Of a stretch of 64,000 nt of DNA, positions 20,029 through 29,701 are shown piece by piece. The notes below the pieces were generated by a model, which saw only the letters and a program-made list of their open reading frames with translations, did no database searches and was not told the DNA's origin. This DNA is from Cyanobacteriota bacterium (GTDB lineage: Bacteria > Cyanobacteriota > Cyanobacteriia > Cyanobacteriales > Nostocaceae), in NCBI GenBank assembly GCA_046045965.1, contig JBJOKS010000007.1, forward strand, positions 64,001-128,000, written 5' to 3'. Within the stretch, counting starts at the first letter, position 1. Every line of letters starts with the position of its first letter. The position numbers and the translations under genes were made by a program.

Positions 20029-20785
20029 AACCCCCCCATAATTTTTGAGCATCTTCTTTTGTTAGTTCCAAAAAAGCTTTTACTATGTAATCATGAGCAG
20101 ATATAAACCAGTCTGTTGTAGGAATAGTATTATCATAACTTTTTGCAATCAGTTCAAAAGATAATAAATTCTCTGAATGTGCTTCTGTATCTTCATCAGT
20201 GGATGTGGATAATTGGTCTATTTTAACAGATAATATTCCAAAATTATTAGGTAATAAGAAATTAATTTGAAAATCTAATGAATCTGGAACATTGAGGAAG
20301 CCACTCCATTCTGTTGTTATAAAATTAAATATTTTGCCATGATCTTTAGCATTTCTCCAACCCATATTTCTATCAATTTCATTTAAATAAGCCAAAGCAT
20401 AATCATTAACTTGTATAGGCTCTAATGAAATACTCAACCACCATTCTTGTAGATGATTCCAATGACTAATAAATTCTTGAAAAATATATTCAAAATTAGG
20501 ATATACATCTTGGTGATCATAAATCCAGTTAAATATAAATAGATTTTCTTGAAGCTGAATTATTTTTCTTCTGTCATTTGATATAAACCCCACTCTACGT
20601 AGAGGTGTTGTAGTATTTTCATGTTCTTCTAAGATAATTGGTTCGCTATCTTGTTGCAATGGAAAGTAGGAACGAATTGATTCCCAATAAAGTCCGAAAT
20701 GAATAGAAGAAAAACCAGGCGCAACAAATTCTACAGAAAAAACAATCTCAATTAGCGGGGGCTGTGTAAAGCTTACTGAAGCCAT
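20018..20785 (-). CDS. TIGR04255-like sporadically distributed protein
   Basis: N-terminal PPLIEIVFSVEF, QLQ...FIFNW..YP.F, LAYLNEI, C-terminal WF..AH..I...FLELT...LW pattern. Confidence 0.75.
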   Translation of the reverse strand: MASVSFTQPPLIEIVFSVEFVAPGFSSIHFGLYWESIRSYFPLQQDSEPIILEEHENTTTPLRRVGFISNDRRKIIQLQENLFIFNWIYDHQDVYPNFEYIFQEFISHWNHLQEWWLSISLEPIQVNDYALAYLNEIDRNMGWRNAKDHGKIFNFITTEWSGFLNVPDSLDFQINFLLPNNFGILSVKIDQLSTSTDEDTEAHSENLLSFELIAKSYDNTIPTTDWFISAHDYIVKAFLELTKEDAQKLWGGYDY

Positions 20786-21076
20786 TAGTCTGGGTGATGA
20801 TTATATTAATCATTTAGCAATACACAATAATATTAGCATTCATATAGATAGTAAAACTAGACCTATTTCATGGACTGGAAAGGCTGAGTTTTGGTATAAC
20901 GTTTTGATTGATCTGACAAATTTCCTGTAAATCAATGCTCAAAGTCTGTTAAAATGCAGTGCTGCGGCTTATGCTTTCAGTCTTGGTGCTATTTGCCCAT
21001 GCAGCCCTTCAAACCCACATTCCGCCTAAGACTGACGCTGTAATGAGCGACAGGCCGATGTTATTTACGGAGTTCT

Positions 21077-22408
21077 ATGTCTTTTTCTAATCTCGGCTTG
21101 TCCAATGAAATTATTCGCGCAGTCACAGAACTAGGGTACACCAAACCCACACCAATTCAAACACAGGCGATTCCCGCAGTATTAGCGGGTGGTGATTTAC
21201 TAGCGGGCGCTCAAACTGGTACGGGAAAAACCGCGAGTTTCACTTTGCCACTTCTGCATAAGTTGTCATCAAATCAGAACGCTAATAACAATCCTACAGG
21301 ATGGATGCCGATCCGGGCGTTAATTCTCACTCCTACACGGGAACTCGCCGCTCAGATACAGGAAAACGTGCATGATTATGGTAAGTACCTGAAACTGAAA
21401 TCAACGGTGATATTCGGTGGGGTGAGTATAAATCCGCAAAAACGACAGTTGAAAAGTGGTGTAGATATTCTGGTTGCTACTCCTGGAAGACTGCTAGACC
21501 ATCTGGAACAGGGAACGGTGAACCTATCACGGGTTGAGGTTTTGGTGTTGGATGAAGCTGATCGAATGCTGGATATGGGCTTTATTCGTGATATCCGGCG
21601 TATTCTCTCAATTTTGCCTAAGCAGCGTCAAAATTTGTTATTCTTTGCTACCTTTTCTGATAAAATCAAGGAATTAGCCGCAGGTTTGCTGAATCACCCG
21701 ACGATGATTGAGGTAGCACGCCGCAACGTTACCGCTGATACAATAGCACAAAGAGCCTATCAGGTAGACCGTGATAAAAAGCGTCACTTACTTGCTCACT
21801 TAATTAAACAAGATGATTGGTATCAAGTTCTAGTGTTTACTCGGACTAAATACGGTGCTGATCGTCTGGTGAAGCAGTTGAATGATGACCGTATTCAAGC
21901 ACTGGCAATTCACGGGAATAAAAGCCAGGGGGCGCGTACCCACGCTTTAGCAAAGTTTAAGGATGGTAAGTTACAGGTGCTGGTGGCTACGGATATTGCT
22001 GCTAGGGGTCTGGATATCAGTGAATTACCCCATGTTGTCAATTTTGATTTACCCAATGTACCAGAAGATTATGTGCATCGGATTGGTCGTACAGGCCGCG
22101 CTGGTGCAAAAGGTGAAGCGGTATCTTTGGTGTGTGTTGATGAGTTGCATTTGTTGGCAGATATCGAAAAACTGATCAAGCAGCCGTTGTCATTGGAAGT
22201 GGTTGCTGGCTTTGGAATTAACCCCGATATTAAGCCGGAACCAATTCAAAATGGACGCAGACAAAAACCCCAAGCTGGACAGGATCAGGAGACGGCTGGT
22301 TCTACTGCTAAACGGAAAACAGCACCCCGGAGATCGGGTTATAAGGCAGCAAAAAAGTCTGGTGATAGTTCGTCTACATCACACTATGGGAAAAAACGCG
22401 ATCGCTAG
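21077..22408 (+). CDS. crhC: Cold-induced DEAD-box RNA helicase (RhlE-like)
   Basis: [26 protein letters not shown]; motif III is FAT rather than SAT, the hallmark of Anabaena CrhC. Confidence 0.88.
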   Translation: MSFSNLGLSNEIIRAVTELGYTKPTPIQTQAIPAVLAGGDLLAGAQTGTGKTASFTLPLLHKLSSNQNANNNPTGWMPIRALILTPTRELAAQIQENVHDYGKYLKLKSTVIFGGVSINPQKRQLKSGVDILVATPGRLLDHLEQGTVNLSRVEVLVLDEADRMLDMGFIRDIRRILSILPKQRQNLLFFATFSDKIKELAAGLLNHPTMIEVARRNVTADTIAQRAYQVDRDKKRHLLAHLIKQDDWYQVLVFTRTKYGADRLVKQLNDDRIQALAIHGNKSQGARTHALAKFKDGKLQVLVATDIAARGLDISELPHVVNFDLPNVPEDYVHRIGRTGRAGAKGEAVSLVCVDELHLLADIEKLIKQPLSLEVVAGFGINPDIKPEPIQNGRRQKPQAGQDQETAGSTAKRKTAPRRSGYKAAKKSGDSSSTSHYGKKRDR

Positions 22409-22473
22409 GATAACAGGTGACAGGTGACAGGTGACAGGTGACAGTATTAGATTTAAAAAAATCGCTAGGATAA

Positions 22474-23442
22474 TTACCGCATAACATCCAAACCCAAAGC
22501 CACAGCCCCCCACAATGGGGCTTCATCCCCCAACAACGCCCGCACAACTTCAAAATTCACTTCTGGTAATGCGGTTTCGTGGGCTACTTTGCGTACTATT
22601 GCCCAAAAATTATCCCCGGCTTTGGTGACTCCACCACCTAAAACAAAGCGTTGGGGGTTCATCAAGTTAGCCACATTACCAATACCTACACCCAGCGCCC
22701 AAGCAGCTTTATATAAGACTTCTTTGGCTAACTCATCCCCATGTCCTGCCGCTACACTTACTATTTGTCCGGTAATTAGGTTTAAATCATTATTTACTAA
22801 ATACTTCAGTATTTCTCCTCTGGTGCTGGTTGGGGAATTATGCGCTTCTTTCTCCAACAGTTCTCGTGCATTTTGTGCTATGTAGGGACCAGAAGCTAAA
22901 CGTTCTACACATCCGCGTTTTCCACATAAGCACACTGGACCTGTGGGATCTACCACTATATGGCCAATTTCCCCAGCCATACCTCCTGCACCCTGCCAAG
23001 GTTTGCCGTTAAGTATCCAACCTCCGCCTACGCCTGTACTGATGGTAATATAAAATAAGCTGTCGTATCCCTGTCCAGCACCAAATCTATGTTCACCAAT
23101 AGCAGCAACGTTAGCATCATTGTCTACACTGACAGGAGCATTATATTCTTCTTCTAGCAGTTGTTTGAGGGGAATATTTTCCCAACCGGGGACGTGATGA
23201 GACAGTCGGACGAGTCCGGTGGCTGCGTCTACTGGTCCGCCAAAACTCACACCAATAGCATCTGGTTTGCGTCTGTCTAATACAGATTCAATGAGCGATC
23301 GCATAATTTCTACATCACTCAAAGCATCCGCATTTGCAGGTGAAAGACGATTTTCATAACGCAACCACTCCCGAGAACCAGCTTCCACTGTCGCTGCTGC
23401 TAATTTAGTTCCACCAAAATCAAGAGCTAATATTAATGTCAT
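22474..23442 (-). CDS. ROK family sugar kinase
   Basis: ALDFGGTK, DNDANVAAIGE, GEIGH, CLCGKRGCVE. Confidence 0.92.
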   Translation of the reverse strand: MTLILALDFGGTKLAAATVEAGSREWLRYENRLSPANADALSDVEIMRSLIESVLDRRKPDAIGVSFGGPVDAATGLVRLSHHVPGWENIPLKQLLEEEYNAPVSVDNDANVAAIGEHRFGAGQGYDSLFYITISTGVGGGWILNGKPWQGAGGMAGEIGHIVVDPTGPVCLCGKRGCVERLASGPYIAQNARELLEKEAHNSPTSTRGEILKYLVNNDLNLITGQIVSVAAGHGDELAKEVLYKAAWALGVGIGNVANLMNPQRFVLGGGVTKAGDNFWAIVRKVAHETALPEVNFEVVRALLGDEAPLWGAVALGLDVMR

Positions 23443-23499
23443 AATTGGTAATTGATAATTGGTAATTGGTGATAGAAAAACAGTTTGACTCATTACCGA

Positions 23500-24249
23500 T
23501 TAACTATAACCATTCCCCATTATCTCGTTAATAAAATTTTGCAGTCGTGTATAGTGTGACCCTTTCCAATAAATTTGGGTGCAGTCTTGACAGCGATGAA
23601 ATTCATTGATCTGTAACTCTATATTTGCTGGTAATTGATCAATCACAGCTTCTTTTTTAACAGATGTCAATAACCCATTACAACGCAAACATCTTTTAAA
23701 AGGTGATACTACTGTAAATAAATCAAACCGTCGCATAACTTCCACAATTTGCTGTTGCGGTTGGGTATTCCTGACATAATAGCCATGAGTCACCAAACTT
23801 CGCATCAAAAGACCTTTATCACGAGTTAATAAAATTCTCTCTTGGTGAGAAGATATTACTGCTAATTGTTCATCCCCATAGTCCTCATTACGATACAAAG
23901 TATCAAAACCTAACAATCTTAAAGATGTCGCTAACTTACCCAAATGAATATCTAGTACAAAGCGGATAACACTGGGTGCTTTTGGTCTTAGGGAAATGCT
24001 TGATCTATTCAAACCAGCAGAAATGGGATAGACATGAATATTATCTTCATCCTGAATTATATAAGAAAAATTGACATATTCCCCATTAACTTCTATAAAA
24101 TCAACTTCTGTATGAGGAACTCCAAAAGATTCTATTGTATCTTTAATAGAATTTCTTTCCTCAAAATAATGGGCTATTTTTACCTGCTTTTGATGTTTGG
24201 GTAAAAAATAATTTAGTTCAGCATGAAAACAGAAATATGCAACAGCCAT
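23500..24249 (-). CDS. Mut7-C RNase (PIN) domain protein with N-terminal ubiquitin-like domain
   Basis: KDTIESFGVPHTEVD; FVLDIHLGKLA..LRLLGFD; LLTRD; RCLRCNG...CQDC..IYWKGSH. Confidence 0.9.
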   Translation of the reverse strand: MAVAYFCFHAELNYFLPKHQKQVKIAHYFEERNSIKDTIESFGVPHTEVDFIEVNGEYVNFSYIIQDEDNIHVYPISAGLNRSSISLRPKAPSVIRFVLDIHLGKLATSLRLLGFDTLYRNEDYGDEQLAVISSHQERILLTRDKGLLMRSLVTHGYYVRNTQPQQQIVEVMRRFDLFTVVSPFKRCLRCNGLLTSVKKEAVIDQLPANIELQINEFHRCQDCTQIYWKGSHYTRLQNFINEIMGNGYS

Positions 24250-24518
24250 AGTTAGTAAGTAAATGTTTTCAATAAAATGCAATATTTCGTAATAAGTAGA
24301 ACAACATAACTAGATACAGTATATTGTCGGTAAATGAAGTACAAATATTAATAGTATAAGTCTTGTGGGGTGGGCATCTTGCCCGCCCTTGTGTACCTCA
24401 TTATCATCAAATTTGCTGTAGATCCCCAACTGCTCAAAGAAGTCGGGGATCTGGGTATTACGTTTTTGCAGTCGAATCTCTGTATAGCTTTTTGCCTATT
24501 TATTGGATTGGAAACTCT

Positions 24519-24838
24519 AATGATTATTGTAATCAATAATGATTAGACTCATGTAATCTAGATATAATGAGAAAGATTAGCAAAAATGAGAGATTTTTTC
24601 AATTACTTGCTTTTCTGATTAAATTCTGTTACTGTTGATACAGATTGTCAAAAATCCAGCATAATGACACTTTCAGCATCTTCGTGGCTGATGAACTTTG
24701 AGTACAGCACCACAGATGAAAGTTCTTATCCCTCCTGCCATCTACCTTTAGGCTGATAAGTTCAATTTCTGATGAGTTCTCCTGGGATAGCTTTATAGTT
24801 TATATTTTTTTAGTAAGCAGTTGAGAAATATTATCAAT
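24519..24838. promoter_or_regulatory. Cluster of Fur-box-like 19-mers
   Basis: AATGATTATTGTAATCAAT (24519), AATGAGAAAGATTAGCAAA (24566), AATGAGAGATTTTTTCAAT (24585), GTTGAGAAATATTATCAAT (24820); upstream of an iron-associated gene. Confidence 0.55.
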
Positions 24839-25279
24839 ATGTCTACATCAATTGATACAATTCAACCTTGTCAAACTATGTCCTTAGATATAGAGACAAC
24901 AGCTATTGAGAAGGATATAGATAATCTAGGTTTAAGCAAAACTTCACAAATTAACCTTGCGGTGGGCAATATCGAAGCTTGTACTATTAATTACATTAAG
25001 GTAAAGTATAAGTCCAGGGCTAATTGGTGTGACTCGACTGCAACAAAGTTTAATTTATTTACCAAAAGCATAAAATCTAGTTTGATAAAAATCAATTTCC
25101 AGCAGGTAAAATTTTCTGAATGGCTTAATAAAATCGTATACCTAATAACAGTGTTTACTACGGAAGTAATCATCCTATTGATGCTGAGATTTGTAAATAG
25201 AGGATTTATTAACCGGAAATACTTGCAAAAACCAGAAGCTTATAAAGTGGAAAGTTGTTTTTACTTGTTTAATTTATGA
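24839..25279 (+). CDS. Hypothetical protein (uncertain)
   Basis: 146-codon ORF in AT-rich DNA directly behind a Fur-like box; no recognisable motif. Confidence 0.35.
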   Translation: MSTSIDTIQPCQTMSLDIETTAIEKDIDNLGLSKTSQINLAVGNIEACTINYIKVKYKSRANWCDSTATKFNLFTKSIKSSLIKINFQQVKFSEWLNKIVYLITVFTTEVIILLMLRFVNRGFINRKYLQKPEAYKVESCFYLFNL

Positions 25280-25359
25280 ACATCGACAGTAGTAGCTAGA
25301 AACACAATTTTACTTTTTCTTTATCTTTGTCTATAAAATCAATTGTTGAGAAAATTAAT

Positions 25360-26343
25360 ATGAATACATTTTTCTGTTCTGACTATTCCCGACAAGTAGG
25401 AGAAGAAATTATTGGTAGTGCTACAAACTACCAAACTTATATTTTAGTAGAATGTCCTACACCTTGGATGTCAGAAGCATTTCAATCTAAATGGGTTCCT
25501 GATAATTTGCGGGTTTTAGTTGAAGAAGTAAAACGGAGTAAATTACCGATTAGATTTTTGTTAATTGCTAATGATGAATCACATCGAGTAGAACAAACTA
25601 CATTATTGATTTATCAAAAACAAGAAGGTTTAAGTAATGGCTACCGCAAGCAAGAATTCAAGTTACCAAATATTGAACAAGTAGCGGGAGTTGTGCGGAA
25701 ATGGTTATCAGGTGGAAATGCTGATTATCAAATAGAAAATAATATAACTAGAGATATTTTAGTTTGTACACATGGTAGCCATGATCAATGTTGTGCAAGA
25801 TATGGAAATCCTTTTTATTTTCATGCTAAAAATACTATTTCTGATTTGCAATTTGATCATGTAAGAATTTGGAGATCCAGCCATTTTGGCGGACATCGTT
25901 TTGCACCGACAGCCATAGATTTACCAGAAGCAAGATATTATGGAGTATTGGATCAAGAATCTTTCAGATCAATTTTAACTCGGACTGGTGATATACAATT
26001 TTTAAATAAAGTCTATCGGGGTTGGGGAATTTTGCCCCCGGTACTACAGGTTTTGGAAAGAGAAATAATTTTTAGTCAAGGATGGAATTGGTTTAATAAT
26101 AAAGTAGCAGGTAAAATTTTAGAGCAAAGCATGGATAATAATACAATGTTAGCAGAGCTAACTTTTGAAAATCCTGCTGGTTCTCTTTATACTTATCAAG
26201 CTAAACTTGTGAAAGATGCAGTGAAAACGCGAGTTTTAAAGAGTTCTTGTCATGCGACACAAGAGTGTTTGGTTGTTAAATATGCTGTAGATAATCTTGC
26301 TTTAGTTGATAGGAAAGTGGTTAGTTATGCCAATAATTATTAG
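25360..26343 (+). CDS. Sucrase/ferredoxin-like (thioredoxin-like 2Fe-2S) protein
   Basis: LVCTHGSHDQCCARYG and SSHFGGHRFAPT motifs. Confidence 0.9.
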   Translation: MNTFFCSDYSRQVGEEIIGSATNYQTYILVECPTPWMSEAFQSKWVPDNLRVLVEEVKRSKLPIRFLLIANDESHRVEQTTLLIYQKQEGLSNGYRKQEFKLPNIEQVAGVVRKWLSGGNADYQIENNITRDILVCTHGSHDQCCARYGNPFYFHAKNTISDLQFDHVRIWRSSHFGGHRFAPTAIDLPEARYYGVLDQESFRSILTRTGDIQFLNKVYRGWGILPPVLQVLEREIIFSQGWNWFNNKVAGKILEQSMDNNTMLAELTFENPAGSLYTYQAKLVKDAVKTRVLKSSCHATQECLVVKYAVDNLALVDRKVVSYANNY

Positions 26344-26569
26344 TGCAAGAAGGTAAAAAGTAGGAAGAAAAAAGTTTATTTTGGTAGGGGTTTAGCATTG
26401 CTAAACCTCTATTTTTTAAATCAAACGATTAAGCATTTTTCCAAAGGTTAATTTTTTAGCCGCTTTAAGTACAGCCGACAGAGGAATTTTAGCAAAATTT
26501 GACAAAAAACAGAATAAAGACCAGTAAGTATGTATATTATCTAATAGATAACCTCTTGCTGACGCGATT

Positions 26570-28669
26570 ATGCCGCCTGACTACTCCGGTCAAAATCTCC
26601 GAGGGCGCTCTTTTAAAGGTCAAAACCTGACAGGAGCTAACTTTAGCAAAGCCGATATTAGAGGGGCAGATTTTACCAACGCTATCCTTAAAGGTGCTAA
26701 TTTTAGCAAAGCCGATATTAGAGGAACAAATTTTACCAACGCTATCCTCAAAAATGCTGGTTTTAATGATGCTACGGCTGGACTAGTAGAAGTTGGCGAA
26801 ATTGGGCTAAAGATTTTAGTGATGCTACTGTTAGCACTATCAGGAGTTTTTTTAACGTTCATTAATTCAGTGATAAGATTGGCTCTTGATAACAAAAGCT
26901 CTACACATTTTATTAGTGGCATAGTTGTCCTAGTCATTGTGATAGTCTTTTTTATTGTCACTATTCGGAAGGGTTTAATAGCCGGAGTCTTAGCCGTAAT
27001 CGGAGCCGGAGCCTTAGCCGTAACTGTAGCTATAGTCATAGACTTAGACAGAGCAGAATTCAAAGCCGTAAGTGTAGCCAAAACCGTAGCCGTAACCGTA
27101 GAATTAGCCGTAACCGTAGCCGTAACCGTAGCCGTAACCGTAGCTATAGCAATAGTCATAGCCGGAACCAGAGTCTCAGCCATAGCCTCAGACATAGCCG
27201 TAGCTTTAGATAGAAACGTATACGGAATCTTAGGCGTAACGATAACCATAAGCATACTCGTAGCCTTAGATGGAGTCTTAGATGGAGCCTTAGTCTTAGG
27301 CGGAGTTTTCGGGCTTTTTAGTGCTTACATTGGCTGTCTTAGTTTGGCTGGAGATAAAAGAAATTCTTGGATTCGCTCATTTGCTATAGCTTTTGCAGCT
27401 ACAGGTGGAACAAGTTTTCGTGGTGCTGATTTAACTGATGCTGATTTTACTGGTGCAACCCTAGAAAACACAGATTTCAGAACAAAAAATCTAACGCGGA
27501 CTCGTTTTTATGAAGCTAAAAATCTTGATTTTGCTAGACTAGGTGATAGTATATTAAGTAACCCCTCTGTTCTATACTTGCTTGTTAATTCCGACACGGG
27601 AAGAAATTCCTATGTTGGTGCTAACCTCAGAGGTGCAAACCTGACAAATGCAAATTTGAAAAAGGCTAATTTAGAAAATGCTGATATTAGTGAAGCCATT
27701 TTACAAAATGCTTGTTTACAAGAGGCAAATTTGACTGGTGCTAACCTCAGAGGCGCAAACCTGACAAATGCAGATTTGGAAAAAGCTAATTTAAAAAATG
27801 CTAATATTAGTGAAGCCACTTTCCAAGACGCTTGTTTAAAAAGGGCAAACCTGACTCTTACTCAAGCTGTCGGTACTAATTTCACCAAAGCTCAAATGAC
27901 AGGCTCTTGTGTGGAAGCTTGGAATATTGACAGATCCACTAAGTTAGACAATGTTACTTGTGACTTTGTCTATCTTCTAGATGAACTCAAACTGGGAACC
28001 AATTATCGTGAACGTCGTCCTAGTAGTGGGGAATTTGAACAAAAAGAATTTACCAAATTATTTGAAGAAGTTTTAAACACTGTTGATTTAATTTTTCGTA
28101 ATGGAGTTGACTGGAAAAATCTTTCTAATCCTAGTGAGTTTGAAGTTGAAGATGAACTTACAAGTAGAAAATTAGAAATCCGGAGTACTGAAAATAAAAG
28201 GTATGGGGTAGTCCTTATTAAGGTTGCTATTCCTCAACTTGCTGTTTTCGTAGCCAATAATAATAATGTTCAAGTTGATAACAAAGTGGATAATAAAAAT
28301 ATGAATAACAGTAATGATTCCAGCCGTAATGTCGAAGTAGAGATGAATATTAAAGAAGCTACAGGAGTAGCAGGTAAGGTTATGGGAAATCAGATTATTA
28401 ATCCCAAGCAAAACCTAGCGGACTCTGCTAGTGAGATTCAACAATTACTTCAAATTCTCAATCAATCCTATCCTGCTGATATACCTACAGATACTCAAGC
28501 AGAAATTGACGTGGCGGTTAAGGGTATCAATAAAAATCCAGAACTAAAGGAACGGGTAATAGGTTCATTAAAAGCGGGTGGTATTGAAGCAATTAAAGAA
28601 CTTGCTGATAATCTTTATGTAAATGTTCTCATTGCTGCTTATGACGGATGGAAAAACCCCCAATCATAA
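26570..28669 (+). CDS. Pentapeptide-repeat membrane protein
   Basis: Two A(D/N)LxX pentapeptide blocks flanking a hydrophobic low-complexity region; RERRP motif; C-terminal QNLA..A.EIQQLL helical domain. Confidence 0.9.
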   Translation: MPPDYSGQNLRGRSFKGQNLTGANFSKADIRGADFTNAILKGANFSKADIRGTNFTNAILKNAGFNDATAGLVEVGEIGLKILVMLLLALSGVFLTFINSVIRLALDNKSSTHFISGIVVLVIVIVFFIVTIRKGLIAGVLAVIGAGALAVTVAIVIDLDRAEFKAVSVAKTVAVTVELAVTVAVTVAVTVAIAIVIAGTRVSAIASDIAVALDRNVYGILGVTITISILVALDGVLDGALVLGGVFGLFSAYIGCLSLAGDKRNSWIRSFAIAFAATGGTSFRGADLTDADFTGATLENTDFRTKNLTRTRFYEAKNLDFARLGDSILSNPSVLYLLVNSDTGRNSYVGANLRGANLTNANLKKANLENADISEAILQNACLQEANLTGANLRGANLTNADLEKANLKNANISEATFQDACLKRANLTLTQAVGTNFTKAQMTGSCVEAWNIDRSTKLDNVTCDFVYLLDELKLGTNYRERRPSSGEFEQKEFTKLFEEVLNTVDLIFRNGVDWKNLSNPSEFEVEDELTSRKLEIRSTENKRYGVVLIKVAIPQLAVFVANNNNVQVDNKVDNKNMNNSNDSSRNVEVEMNIKEATGVAGKVMGNQIINPKQNLADSASEIQQLLQILNQSYPADIPTDTQAEIDVAVKGINKNPELKERVIGSLKAGGIEAIKELADNLYVNVLIAAYDGWKNPQS
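26981..27304 (+). repeat. In-frame degenerate hexamer array, 54 units, consensus GCCGTA
   Basis: Manual parse: position 6 is A in 54/54 units and position 3 is C in 42/54. Confidence 0.9.
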
Positions 28670-28834
28670 ACTTTTACCACTAATTTCTGGTTTTTTTGGT
28701 TTAGGTTAAAAGTGCCGATATGATGGGAGGTAGAACCTCCTAGAAGGCATTCCCAGTCGGAGACTGGGAACAAGAGAAATTACTCAAAGTCCCCCTTTTT
28801 AAGGGGGATTTAGGGGGATCTATTTTCTATTCTA

Positions 28835-29701
28835 TTAATAACTACCTGCCAATTCTCTTTCTATTTTTAGCAAGGCTTCCACACGCATTTCAGTTGCAGG
28901 ATGACTAGAAAACAAATTACCTAAAAATTGCCCAGAAATGGGATGAATAATTAATAATGGTTCAAAGGCGGGATTAGCATTTAAAGGCATTTGCCTAGCA
29001 GTTGCTTCTAATCTTTGTAAAGCCTTAGCTAAAGCGCGGGGATTACCTGTTAATTTGGCAGCACCAGCATCAGCAGAAAATTCTCTGGTGCGGGAAATTG
29101 CTAATTGAATAATTGTGGCGGCTATAGGTGCAAGCATCACTGTTACTAGCACTCCCAAAGGATTTCCACCTCTTTCATTATCTCTTGAACCACCGCCAAA
29201 CCATAGGCTATAACTTAACATTTGTGCCAGGAAAGAAATCGCACCGGCGACAGTAGCAGCAACGGCTTGGGTTAAGGTATCACGATTAATAATGTGGGTG
29301 AGTTCGTGGGCAATTACCCCTTCTAATTCTTCCTCTGGTAAGATGTTTAAAATGCCTTCAGTAACGGCAACAGCAGCGTGTTCTGGGTCTCTTCCTGTAG
29401 CGAAAGCATTGGCAGTTTGTCCAGGAACAATGTACACTCCAGGCATGGGAATATTAGCACGGTTTGACAGTCTTTTTACCATGCGATAAAGTTCTGGTGC
29501 TTGGGCTTCGCTGACAGGTTGTGCTTGATAAACTGCCAAGGCAATTTTATCAGATTGATACCAGGAAAATAGGTTGGTAACTGCTGCTAATCCAATACCG
29601 ATAATTAAACCGCTAGTACCACCAATTACCCAATAACTAATTGCAATTAATAAGCCACTCAGTGCTGCCAATAAAGCAGCAGTTTTGAATTGATTTCCCA
29701 T
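28835..29701 (-). CDS. htpX: M48 zinc metalloprotease HtpX
   Basis: NAFATG, HELTH, SRTREFSAD, FSSHP. Confidence 0.93.
   Translation of the reverse strand: MGNQFKTAALLAALSGLLIAISYWVIGGTSGLIIGIGLAAVTNLFSWYQSDKIALAVYQAQPVSEAQAPELYRMVKRLSNRANIPMPGVYIVPGQTANAFATGRDPEHAAVAVTEGILNILPEEELEGVIAHELTHIINRDTLTQAVAATVAGAISFLAQMLSYSLWFGGGSRDNERGGNPLGVLVTVMLAPIAATIIQLAISRTREFSADAGAAKLTGNPRALAKALQRLEATARQMPLNANPAFEPLLIIHPISGQFLGNLFSSHPATEMRVEALLKIERELAGSY

Noticed and set aside
24686..24790. Hammerhead ribozyme (CTGATGA twice, GAAA nearby)
   Set aside because: No complementary stem II or stem III around the core motifs
26620..27255. 211-aa antisense ORF
   Set aside because: Shadow of the repeat codon pattern of the pentapeptide gene
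26981..27304. DGR variable region
   Set aside because: Adenines are the invariant bases, and no reverse transcriptase or template repeat is in the window
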